A stretch of DNA of 64,000 nucleotides from Eledone cirrhosa (lineage: Eukaryota), in the NCBI GenBank assembly GCA_964016885.1, contig OZ024757.1, positions 34,100,001 to 34,164,000 of the forward strand. Direction: 5' to 3'. The first letter of the stretch is position 1. Every line of letters begins with the position of its first letter. Below, in pieces: positions 48,476-60,057 of the stretch. The notes beneath the pieces are model-generated. The model saw only the letters and a list, made by a program, of their open reading frames with translations. It had not been told where the DNA came from and ran no database searches. The translations under genes and the position numbers were made by a program.

Positions 48476-50317
48476 TTAGGAATTTCTTACATTCTGTTTC
48501 CTTTATTATTATTATGCAGTAGTGAGGGCGGTAGTTGGCAGTATCAGTAGAGCGTCAACAATATGCTTTATGGCATAGGGTTTCGCCCCTTTACGATCTG
48601 AGGTTAGCTTTGCCTTTCATCCTTATGGGGGTGATAACATGAAGTACCAGTAATGCACTAGGGTCGATATAATCGTCTTCCTCTCTCCAAAAATTGTTGG
48701 CCTTGCAACTAAATCAGAAACCATTATTATTTGGGCATTCTACTTTTGGCACAAGGCCAGCAATTACCCAGTGTAAAGTACCAGTAATACAGTGGTTAAT
48801 TGCTGGCCTTGTGCCAAAAGTAGAAACAATTATTATTCGGGCAGTGGATTGGCAATATCGGTTTAGTGTTGGTCAACATACTTTGCAGCATATAGTTACA
48901 GCCCTTTACATTTTAAGTTCCAATCCTGCCAAAGTTAGCTCTGCCTTTCATTCTTATGGGCTTGATAAAATAAAGTATCAGTAAAGCACTGGTTTTAATT
49001 TAATCAACTTTCCCTTCCCCAAAATGGTTGCCTTTGTGCCTAAATCAGAAACCATTGTGTATTCGTGAGTGAATAATAATAACATAATAATTGTTTCTAC
49101 TTTCGGAACAAGGCCAGCATTTACCCCAGTGCATTACTGGTCCTTTATTTTATCGACCCCGTAAGGATGAAAGGCAAAGTTAACCTCAGCGGGATTTTGA
49201 ACTCAGAATGGCAAGGGCCGTAACTCTATGCGTCAAAGCATGGTGTCCGACCCTCTACCAATATCATATTAATATTAGGTTTGTTTACAAGTGAACAGCC
49301 TCATAAAACACCCTGTGGTAGATGAACAACTTTATCCTTTTGTTCCAGTAGTAGCTGAGAGAAAACAATCGATTGTTTTCTTTCAGCTACCAGTGGAACA
49401 AATGGCCCTTTATATTCTGAGTTTAAATCCATCCGATGGTCAGGGCCAATAAAATAAAGTATCAGTCACGCACTGGGGTCGATTTAATCGACTTTCCTCT
49501 CCCCAAAAATTGTTGGCCTTGTGTCTAAATCAGAAATGAATATTATTATAATTATTATTTCATGTCTTCACTGCATTACCAAGAACAGCTTTGTGCAGTG
49601 TTGTTTCTATTAACTTTTTGTAATATGTATGCAGTACTTAGTAGTGCTATTGTCTTAGTAGTGCTATTGACCTAGGACAACCCCAGTCTCATCGATCAAG
49701 AGCAAGAAGGACAAAAAGACCTCAGTCACTATTCCTGCTTCTATGTGTCTTTGTTTTAATCTTATCTTATTTACTCCATCTTGTAGTTTGATGAAAGAGT
49801 TTTGACAATTAAAGAATCATCCAGCTACTAAATTAACAGAGGAGTAGATTACTTACCTAACTAGTAACTAATAATAAAACTGAAGTGAAACTCAATTGGT
49901 GTGTTTTTATCGACAACATCACCTTCCCAAAGTATAATATTTGTTCTAACACAAGGATTGAGATGTGCAGCCAGGTTGGAAGTGGTCTCATGACTGATGG
50001 GTGTAAAATCAGTCAGCTGGAATTTACAGACGACATGGTGTTACTTAACTCGGTAGAAGATGATCTTCAACTTGCAAGATGGTTGGATAACATACATGAG
50101 CTTGGCTGATCACACTTGGAAGGAGTGTTTGAGGATTATGTCCCCACGACCCTCTCAGGAATAAGTGGGCAAAGAAGAAAAGACAAGATTTCACATCAAG
50201 AATCTTACTAAACAAAATATATTAATAAATATATAAGTATTATGTTTTTGTTTTTCAGCGAATTTATTATAGAAATATAATGAAAATATAAATTATACAA
50301 GTTACGTATGGATGTCT

Positions 50318-50434
50318 TCAGGTAGCTGTTGCTGACCAGAAATAAACAAATCGATCTCCACCAACAGCAAATATAGGTAGGTTTAGATGCCATGTTAGTC
50401 CTGAACCCACAGCGTATGACTGGGACATAAGTAG
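50318..50434 (-). CDS. NUP37: NUP37 exon 7 (LLMSQSYAVGSGLTWHLNLPIFAVGGDRFVYFWSATAT*)
   Basis: ctctag| acceptor, TGA at 50320-50318. Matches VAVGSGLSWHRTLPLCVIGGDHKLLFW. Confidence 0.95.
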   Translation of the reverse strand, partial: LLMSQSYAVGSGLTWHLNLPIFAVGGDRFVYFWSATAT

Positions 50435-51379
50435 CTAGAGAGAGAGAAAAAAATTCAACTATCTTGGAGGTGCTTATTTTAACATTTATATCAAAATTAA
50501 TTCCAACATTGTTCTAACAACATCAAAATAACATTAGAAAAATCATGTGGCAAAATTCATAAATAGTTGTTGCTAAATGAATAAGGTGGAGTATTTTTAA
50601 TAAATGTAGTGAGGACCCTTCAATTTGAGTCAAAAGACATGACAAATTCTTCTCTGCACTCGATATGACCATATATAAAAGCAGGATACAGAGACCTTGG
50701 CTTGTCTGGGAGATCAGTAGCTCCACTTCAGTACTGACTTGGCTTATATAAACCAGTTCAACCCTTGCTAACAGGGAAAGCAAACATTAAATAATGACGA
50801 TGTAGTGAGAAATTAGAGGTTCCAGTGTAGGTGTTCAAACAGAGACAATATTAGGTTCGATATGACCCTTCAATCTTGACAGGCATGTGACAATTTCTCT
50901 AGTGGTGATGTCATAAAATACACACAGTACACCCTGTAAAATAGAGGTGGTATCATGAAAAAACACCCAGTACACCCTGTAAGGTGGTTACTGTTAGGAA
51001 GGGCATTTAGCAGTAAAAACCATGCCAAATATGGAAAGTATAGCCATGTAATGAGCCCTGATACAGTTCTGATGGAGTCATAGGGGTGCCATTGGTTATC
51101 TTACATAATCATCTCACATAATATAAAATCTATGAGATTTTGATGTTATTTATTTTGAGAACAATACCTTAATATCAGTATGAACAGAAAGAGGTAAGAG
51201 AATTCTGGCCAGATACAGCCAGTTTAAATGCTAAAGGGTTAAACTTAAAGCGCAGAGAGCAGGAACAAATAACATGAAGCAATCTATTTGATATTCTAAT
51301 GATTCTGCCAATTTGCTGCCTAGAAAACATAAATTAACAGCTAAAACTAAAAGAAGAAAATGGTGTCAATTTGTGTTAC

Positions 51380-51515
51380 CTGTTGGCCTTTGACATTGAA
51401 TAACTTCACTTGACAGCCTGGATGTCCAATGGTAGCCAAAAGATTGTCTGAACATTTACACCACCGAAGCTGCTTTATACCATCAGGATGGGCTTGTTTC
51501 TTATCAGCTGGACCA
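51380..51515 (-). CDS. NUP37: NUP37 exon 6 (GPADKKQAHPDG…RWCKCSDNLLATIGHPG…)
   Basis: tttcag| acceptor, |gtaaca donor. Matches FRWSTISENLFATTGYPG. Confidence 0.94.
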
Positions 51516-52229
51516 CTGAAATATGATAGAGTAATAATCATCATTATCACCACCACCTTCCTCCTCCCCATCACCATCAACACCACCACCTTAATCCTAA
51601 TCATCAATACGACCACCACCTTCATCACTTCCAATCTCATCATCACCACCATCATAACCTTCATCATCACCATCACCACCACCATCGTCATCATCATTTT
51701 ATTCCTTTTATTACCATATTTCTAATGAAATACACTGCCTATGTGCTTCAATTAGAATAAAAACAAGATGTAAAAAGATGTTGACAACAAAAGGCCAGCT
51801 GTATAATGTCTATGTGCGATGTTGGATGGTAACGAGACATGGGCAGCGAATGCAGAGGATATGCGAAGACTGGAAAGAGATGAAGTAAACATACTCTGAT
51901 GGACGTGCAATGTTAATACATGTTAACAACAAAACATGGATGAGCTGGGAGAAAAGTTGGGAATAAAAGGAATTAGATGTAGTGTGCAGAAGAGAAAACT
52001 GCACTTGTTTCGACATGTGATGTGAACAGATGATGAACATTAGGCGAAGAAGTGTCAAGAAATCCCATTGGAAGAAAGCTGCAGCAGAGGGAGACCAAAC
52101 AAGTACTGGGTAGAGGTTATGAGAGCTGATCTTAAATCACTGAAGCTCATCGAAAAGATGACAAAGGACCACAACAAATGGAGAGATGCTGTGCTGAAAA
52201 AGACCCACTCAACCCTTATCTTGGAAAGT

Positions 52230-52378
52230 AAACTACTGTTTTTGGCAGGTAAACCCCTATTTTTGGCAGGGTCACTCTTGTTTTAGCCGGTAAACCCCTG
52301 TTTTTGGCAAATAAGCCCATGTTTTGGGCAAGTAAACTCGTTTTTGGCAGGTACACCCCTGTTTTTGGTAAGTAAACT
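52230..52378. repeat. About 21-bp tandem repeat
   Basis: Recurring ttttggcaggtaaacccctg next to the NUP37 exon 5 donor. Confidence 0.8.
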
Positions 52379-52400
52379 CCAATAAAACAGATGAACATAC

Positions 52401-52582
52401 CTAGATACAGATGAATCAAAGAGAATCCAGTCTGTAGCAGCAGCAGCAACAACAGCAAGAGAGTTTATGTGACACCAATCAGCAGACATAAGAGGTGCTT
52501 GACCACAATCCAGTGACATGATAGGCTGCTGGTTATGAAGACTGAAGAACCGAATTATACCATTCTTTTGAGCTACAAGAAT
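52401..52582 (-). CDS. NUP37: NUP37 exon 5 (ILVAQKNGIIRFF…PLMSADWC…DWILFD)
   Basis: cttcag| acceptor, |gtatgt donor. Matches LMVAEKNGTIRFY…PLMSAHWC. Confidence 0.96.
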
Positions 52583-52865
52583 CTGAAGAGAAAACAAAAT
52601 TATTTTGTTAAATAAAAATAAAATTCTTAGTAAGAAAGGAATTTTCATTGAAAAGATTTCAGTTAGTGTGAACAAAAAAATAGTATAATAATAATAATTT
52701 TTTCTACTTTAGGCACAAGGCCAGCAATTTGAAGGGGTGGTAAAGTCAATTAAATCGACCCCAGTGCATTACTGGTGTTTTATTTATCGACTCTGTAAAG
52801 ATGAAAGGCAAAGCTCACCTTGGCAGGATTTGAATTTCAATAATAAAAAGCTTGATTATTGTTAC

Positions 52866-53066
52866 CTTCTTGGGTTCTTCAAAGTGCCAACAGACACTAA
52901 CCCCTGGTGACATCAGGTAAAAACACAGCACTTCCTTCGTTTCAGATTCTTCTCCACTGTTCTCCCATATTCTGCATGTATTATCGTCACTAACACTTGC
53001 AATCTGATGCCCTATATTTGGTTCATAAGCAATTGCATTGATGAAACTTTTATGACCAGAGAGGAC
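52866..53066 (-). CDS. NUP37: NUP37 exon 4 (VLSGHKSFINAIAYEP…IASVSDDNTCRIW…PGVSVCWHFEEPKK)
   Basis: cttcag| acceptor, |gtaaca donor. WD40 repeat with strong similarity to Nup37. Confidence 0.97.
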
Positions 53067-53673
53067 CTGAAGAGAAATGCAAACATTGATTGACATAGCA
53101 ACACATGGCACCATTTTTTTTTCTATTTTTAGGTCTACCTTTTGTCAGGTTTTGAAATATAAAACATGTCTTACTTATGAAACAGTCAACCCATACCTTA
53201 GTCTGTATTTATGGAGCTGTAACTCCTGATGGAGTCATGCAGGCACTGCCATGACATACATGTCTGAGATACATAAAACCTGATGGAGCCCATCCCCTTC
53301 CCAGGTGTGAACACAGCCAATTTATTTCAGAGAAGGATAGAATGTGAGCAAGAGGAAATGAGAAACAAATATAGAGGAAGAATCAACACCAGTACTTTAC
53401 TGGTACTTTTATGAAAGGATGATAGGCAAAGTTGACCTCGACAGCATTTGAACTCAGAATGTAAAGAACTGGAACAAATACTTCAAAGCATTTCATCCGA
53501 TGTTCTCACAACTCTGTTAATCTGCCCCTTAATCCTTTAACATTTACTTTTGTATTTTTATGAAAATATATGGAGTAATGTGAATGCTAAAGGGTTAAAA
53601 TAGATGACATTCTCAAGAAGGTTGGTTTCAAAAGAATTAAACTGTAACAAAGGAAATAGTTTTGATAAAATAC

Positions 53674-53746
53674 CTCAACAACGGGTTCCTTTTTATGGTC
53701 AAGTGATACCAGTCTTATATTGTGGTCCATTCCTGCAGCAGCAAGT
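53674..53746 (-). CDS. NUP37: NUP37 exon 3 (LAAAGMDHNIRLVSLDHKKEPVVE)
   Basis: caacag| acceptor, |gtattt donor. Matches TSAADMKIRLFTSD. Confidence 0.9.
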
Positions 53747-54747
53747 CTGTTGGGAGAAAGAAAATATTTATGACATAAAATTAACATTAATCCTTTCCAT
53801 ACCAAACCACCTGAAACTATCCCTATTTCTCCAATACTGTTCATTGTTTTAGCATGTTTATATTCATCTAAAAACCTTGCATCATAATTTTAAGTAAGAA
53901 CCTTTGTTAAGTTGTGTTCAAAACATCAAGTTTATTATGAGAAAATTAGTTATTTTACTGAATCACTCCAAATTTTTGATTATTTAAAAAAATTATTTGA
54001 ATAAAGGATAGACTGTTAGCGAGTAACAGAGGTGCTAGAAGAAGCAGTCCATTTTAGCCTAATTTTTACTGAACCCTATGGGAGTAAGGACAAATTATAG
54101 AAAATACATATAGATACATAAGTATATACATGTAAATGTGATGGACAGACAGATGGAGAAACAGCTCTTCTTTTATCAAATAGATTATCAGAAAATGAAA
54201 GCAGTAGATTGGCAGTATCAGTAAAGCATTGGACAAAATGCTTTACAGTATTTATTTATGACTTTTTATCTTCTGAGTTCAAATCCTGCCATGGTCAACT
54301 TTACATTCTAGAGCTTCAATAAAATAAAGTACCAGTTAAGTACAGGGGTGAACTAATCAACTTTCCCCTTCTCCCAAATTGCTGGCCTTGTGTTAATGTC
54401 AGAAAGAATTATTAAGATGGTATATGGTGGTGGATTAACAAAGTTGTTAGATTGTTGGACAAAATATGTTCTAAGCTCAAGCCTCTCCAAGGTCAACTTT
54501 GCCTTTCATTCTTCTTGCTTCCTGAGTCAATAAAATAAAGTACCAGTCATGTACTGAAGTTGAGAACAAAATGGTGTAAATTATTTTGTCCAACACTCTA
54601 CAGATACTATCAAACCACTGCCCTAAATACCATCTTAATAATAAAATAATTGATACATTTTGTAAATGCCTCCAAATGCTTTGTTAAATAATTCAAATAC
54701 AGTGTATTTCATTAGATATAGGGTAAAGAAAGGGTTAAATTGCATAC

Positions 54748-54872
54748 TTGAAAAAATTTGTGATGTGAGAAACGGATGTATCTGGACTCCAGCTTAGGGC
54801 AGTTATGGCACAACCAGCTTGTAATGTTTGTAATTCTTCATAGTGTATATCTTTTAAATCTCTATCTTCTTC
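54748..54872 (-). CDS. NUP37: NUP37 exon 2 (EEDRDLKDIHYEELQTLQAGCAITALSWSPDTS…)
   Basis: ttacag| acceptor, |gtatgc donor. Matches EEEADVEGIQY…IAWSPET. Not in the ORF track. Confidence 0.92.
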
Positions 54873-55421
54873 CTGTAAAGAATAAATATGTGAAATGGAA
54901 GCTGTAACATGAATGATAATGATAATAATGATTTCTAATAATCTTTTTTACCCACTTATTTCTGGGCAGGCCGTCCAGACAGGGTCCTCAGACATGCCTT
55001 CCATAGGGTCCTATCAGAAGCAACCATCTCCAAATGATCCAACTGGATCCCCAAGTGAGACTAACCAAGCTTAAAGATGTTATCCAACCACTTTGCTTGT
55101 AATCAACTTCTGGGTCTCCTTCTGGTTAATTTTGACCATAAAATCTACACTGATTCTTTCCTTAAGGCATTTTAACTGGATGGCCATAATGCCAGAGCTG
55201 TGACCTCTTGATGCAGAGAAGTAGCAGCTCTACCTAGAGCAGCTCACTGATCTCCAAGTCATGCACCCAATCAAGTAACATTACTCTAAAGACCCTTCAG
55301 AGGAATGCCATTTCATCTGCTTGTATTTGCAAACATATTCTTTCGCTTATCACCCAATATTTAGGACAATAGGTAAAGGTAAGTATAAATACCGAACTGA
55401 TAATATATTATACACCCACAC

Positions 55422-55454
<33 letters not shown>

Positions 55455-55565
55455 ATAGAACACTGGGAGGTTATATCTGTAGAGAGTAGAGCACTCAGTC
55501 CATAGGACGAGTTCGGTATAAAGTTGGTATAAGGATGGTTTGCTAATTTGCTGTGGAACTAACTT

Positions 55566-55615
<50 letters not shown>

Positions 55616-56453
55616 GGTCATTTTCCACACTAGCATAGATTAGACATGCTGTCCCGTTGTGAGACAGCCAGGTTGGAAGACTGTTTTGCTCACACAGAAC
55701 TGATTTGAACTTGGTTTCTACATATATATCATTATCATCATCATCATTTCATGTCCGCTTTTTCCCTGCTTGCAAGGGTGGGACGGGAACTGAATCTGGC
55801 TTGATTTCTACAGTTGGATGCCCTTCCTAACACCAACCTCATTTACAGTGAGTGCTGGGTGCTTTTTTGCCGTGGCACCTCCACGTCCACTTTACAGTGG
55901 AATGATATGGACCTCAGTCCCTATCATCTCATTTGTACAGCTGAGTAAACTGGAACCATGTGAAATAAAGTGTCTTGCTCAAGGAAACAACACATCACCC
56001 GGTCTGAGAATTGAACTCACAACCTTTCGATTGCAAGCCCAATGCTCTAACCACTATACATACATACGATGGGCTTCTGCAGTTTCCGTCTACCAAATTC
56101 CACTAACAAGGCATTAGTCAACCCAAGGCTATAGTAGACACTTGCCCAAGGTACCACACAGCAGGATTGAACCCAGAGATACATGATTGTAAAATGAACT
56201 CCTTAACCACACAGATTTTTTTTCTAAAAGTCGCAAACCCCTAAAGGGTTGAAAATCCATGATCTAGTGTACCCTTCTTTATTTAAGATGATCATGTGTG
56301 ATTCGGCTTTTATTTCTAGCCGGTCGAGACCTCTAAGGAACCGTGAGAGTTTGGTCGTTCGAACTGCTAGAAATCACCCACAGCTTCACCCCTCCTGGGA
56401 CAGAAGCGACCAAAAATTAGCCTACATTCACACACTAATGACTTAGATGTAGT

Positions 56454-56493
56454 TTGTCACGCGATAGACCGGTGTTCGATTCCCCGCAGAAAG
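56454..56493 (+). pseudogene. tRNA-Asp(GTC) 3'-half fragment
   Basis: ttgtcacgcgatagaccggtgttcgattccccg resembles the anticodon loop, variable region and T arm of eukaryotic tRNA-Asp (CTGTCACGCGGGAGACCGGGGTTCGATTCCCCG). The 5' half is missing. Confidence 0.55.
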
Positions 56494-57161
56494 CTCTTCA
56501 ATTTTAATTGTCGCGCCCTAGCATGACCTCAACCTGTCGGCTTGAACAGGAAACAAAGTAAACAGTGTATTCTAATTTTACTACGGAGTAAATAAATAAA
56601 ACTATGGATAATAAAGTTATAAATATACTACTACCATTACTACTAGAAAAACAAATCTACCACATGGAGTTCGTTTGAAATCTATAGTAGCATGAAATTA
56701 AAGTACACACACACACAAATATATATATCATTTTATTAAGGCTCACTACTTAGACTTCATAAAATGAATATTTAAACTTTAGTACGATACTGAGTACTCT
56801 TTTCTCTCGGCCGTCAACTACAAAAGGATATATATATATATATATATTGATACCAACCAACCTGAAACTAACCTTGGTTCTACGATACTTATTTTAAAGT
56901 GTTATATTTATCTAAAAACCTTCCATCATAATTTTATGTAGGAAACTTCATTAAGTTATGTTCCAAACGTCTCTTTAATAACGAGAAAGTTTTTTTTATA
57001 CATATACATGTCTATAACGAGAAGGTAAGTTACATTATTAAATCCCTCCAAATTCTCAATTATTTACAAAATTAATTGAAAATCATAGGCAATATCCTTC
57101 CTTAGAAATATGGAAACGAAAGCGTTAAATATATGGGAAATATAAGATATGATTTACTTAC

Positions 57162-57308
57162 AGGGAAACGACACGAGACAATTATAATCCGACTATCCGT
57201 GCCGATTGCCAGCAATTTACAGGATAATTCATACGGGGAAAACTCCACGACTCGAACAAGATCTTCGATTTGTATGTTGTAGGTACAACTTTTATTGAAG
57301 TCAATCAT
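57162..57308 (-). CDS. NUP37: NUP37 exon 1 (MIDFNKSCTYNIQIEDLVRVVEFSPYE…CRFP)
   Basis: ATG at 57308, |gtaagt donor. Matches YTVDCEDYVHVVEFNPFE. Confidence 0.92.
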
Positions 57309-57752
57309 TTCTGCAGCTTATCTGCTGTTCTAATGGATCGGTGGCTCACGTGGAATTCGGATCTCGGCGAAATTAATGAATGAAAATTTAGTTTCGGCGC
57401 CAGATTAGATTTGAATTATTTTCTCAATGGAAGAACTTGTGTTTATTTTCTCAATAATTATTCAGAGTTACCTCCCTTCTACTTCCTTTGCACGTTGCTT
57501 CCCTTGTTCTGAAATGAGAGAGAGAAAGACAGACAGAGAATAAGAAAGAGTGAGAATGAGAGTGGGAAAAATAGAGAGAAAAATAGAGCAGTCAGTGGTT
57601 TGGAAATTGTTTAATAGCTGTGACATGTTCTCCGCCTCCAGCTTAATCGCTTCGGCCACAAATCCCCAGTACTGCGGCCCGCAATGCAGAGGAAAGGCAA
57701 GAGAATAAAGGAGCTTATCCGGCCACTTCCTCTTTCCCCCGATCACCGTCCT
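57309..57752 (-). promoter_or_regulatory. CpG-enriched NUP37 promoter/5' UTR region
   Basis: GC-rich island upstream of the ATG. ETS-like CACTTCC near 57724. Possible 5'-UTR donor GGAG|gtaact at 57472/57471. Confidence 0.5.
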
Positions 57753-58114
57753 CTAATAATTGTTTCTACTATTGGCACAAGGCCAGCAATTACTCAGTAC
57801 ATTACTGGTACTTTATTTTATCGACCCCGTAAGGATGAAAGGCAAAGTTAACCTCGGCGGGATTTGAACTCAGAATGGCAAGGGCCGTAACTCTATGCGT
57901 CAAAGCATGGTGTCCGACCCTCTACCGATACTTAGAGAAGCAAACACACCTACAACATTACTGTGGGTGATGGTGATACAAAGGCGCTGGAATAACCAAG
58001 TACTCTCACCACAAGTCTTACATGATACCTCGGTATGGTGAGCCACCCATTATGACAAGAACTTCATTCTCAGTGGATCAACGGACCAACTCCCATAAAA
58101 TTCCATAAACTGGA

Positions 58115-58555
58115 GAAAACATCATCTAAAAGTTTTGCGATAAAAGTTTGAGCAGGTCTTTCTCAACCATGAGTTGGTTTCCACAATAGTAACTTGTGTA
58201 TAATTTTCTGCTTACTTCTCCAACAATATCCTGCAAATCGTAACCACCTTTGAGCAATTGTAGTTGTTATCATGGGCAAGTTTCCATATAAAGTTTCATT
58301 TGTAGTGGCGGATTTAGGGCAAATGAGGCCCTGCGCTAGTTAAATTATGAGGACCTTTACTTGGGCCTTGAAGGAGGTAAAAAAAAATTGGTGCAGGAAG
58401 ATGGGCACCCTCTGGTCAACGGGGTCCTGTGTTTAAGCACAATGGTAAATATGGCACTATTCATTTGAAATACATTCCTGGTATTTTAGAATGTTATTCC
58501 ATTCAGCTACTGATGTAATGACCCTCACCTATGTGAGGCCTATAATTCTGCCTAT
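58115..58555 (-). mobile_element. RTE/RTEX-like LINE fragment split by a hAT MITE
   Basis: NETLYGNLP…QRWLRFAGYCWRSKQ…LLLWKPTHG*ERPAQTFI (contains a stop). Confidence 0.65.
58303..58459. mobile_element. hAT-type MITE
   Basis: Imperfect 14-bp TIRs (tagtggcggattta / taaatatggcacta) flanked by a perfect 8-bp TSD, ttcatttg. Confidence 0.8.
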
Positions 58556-59534
58556 CCTACTTTATTTTATAAATCTTGAACAGATGAAAAGCAAAATTGA
58601 CTTCATCAAGATTTAGACTCAGAGTACACAGAGCAAAAACAAATTTGGATAAACTTTTACAATTACACCCATCTTGGAGTTTATGCTTTCCTATGATTTT
58701 GTTTGTATTTTCAACACATATCTGGCCTTCAAACCCATTGGTAATTATTGTTTTAGGAATATTTGAGGACTCTGATCCCATGACCCTCTCAGGAATAAGT
58801 GAGCGAAGAAGAAGAAAAAAAAAGTAAGTGAAAGTAACTTGACAATGTCTTCTTGATGTTACTGATCATTCAGGGAAAACCAGGCACATCACCAGGATGT
58901 TGAGTGGGGTCTGCATGGCACTTCCTCACTATTTTTCTACAATGCACCCTTAGATTTAGAACAAAGTTTATAAAACAAACAAAAAAAAATGCTGTAAAAT
59001 ACATTCTCAGAATGAGAATAAAGAACAAAAAGAAAAGGTTAACCCATGGGAGTTGATTAAAAAATTCGCTAGGGAATTAGAATACCCACTCAGAATATTT
59101 TTAGGCACCCTCAAGAACCAAACTCTAGTGACTGGTCTGTGGAAAACACTGTGTCCCATTATTAATCAGCAGATTCAACCAGGCACACATTTAATCCTTT
59201 GGCATTTAAACCAGCTGTATCCGGCCAGAATTCTCTCACCTCTTTCTGTTCAAAAGGCTGTAACAGGCCACTCATACCGATGTTTAGGTATTGTTCTCAA
59301 AATAAATAATATCAAAATCTCATAGATTCAATATGTGAGATAATTATGTGAAGTAAAGCCTTTACCATGAAAATACAATAGTATATAGAGAGTAATGTAA
59401 ATGCTAAATGGTTAATCTCAGATGATCGGGCTTCATATTTGGGATTAGGAAAATGAAAAGATTAAGTATGCACTTGGTAGAACCAAACAATCAATAATGC
59501 ACCACACTCTTGTCCCAAGAATGAATAACAACTG

Positions 59535-60057
59535 TTCAGAGATGTGCAACCAAATAAATACCATCCATCAGGCATCTACCACACTCTGAACGCATTGCTT
59601 CCCTAGGCATGGATACATTGAAGCTCCGACGTCTGGCAACTGACTTGGTAAACACCCACAAAATGATTAACCATCTCGCCAACAACAACCCTGAGCACCT
59701 TTTTGAATTCCATGTGTCTAGCACACGTGAGCATGCCTGCAAAGTCAAAAAACAGCACAGCTCCCATGACTTTCGGAAACATTTTTTCATGCCCAGAGTT
59801 GCTGAAGCATGGAACAAACTACCTGCATCAGTTGTTAGCTGTCGAGACACTGCATCCTTTAAAGCCACCACGCTTCCTGAAATTCGCCGACACTACACCT
59901 GATATTCCCCCTCCATACACACACACACATGTATTTCATGACTCATATACTGTTCATTTTCCTGACATTTGTACATTATTCTATATACTATACATGCACG
60001 TTTGGTGAGTTGTAGTGCACCTGAGCACTGTACACAATAATTTCATTATTATTATTA
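59535..60057 (+). mobile_element. CR1-clade LINE 3' end
   Basis: ATK.IPSIRHL..SERI..LG..TLKLRRL..DL…FRKHFF..RV…WNKLP, then a 3' UTR ending in (ATT)n. Confidence 0.85.

Larger units (their letters stand above)
50318..57308 (-). other. NUP37: NUP37 gene span (7 coding exons, 326 aa WD40 nucleoporin)
   Basis: Exons splice to 981 nt including the stop and are colinear with animal Nup37 (VVEF.P, WSP.T, IASVSDD.TCRIW, PG.SVCWH, PLMSA.W, VGSGL.WH). Confidence 0.96.

Noticed and set aside
57468-57746. 92-aa minus-strand ORF upstream of NUP37
   Set aside because: Non-ATG start, no recognisable family, runs through a CT-rich tract; better explained as promoter/5' UTR.
59609-59902. 97-aa ORF as a host gene
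   Set aside because: It is the C-terminus of a 5'-truncated CR1 LINE ORF2.
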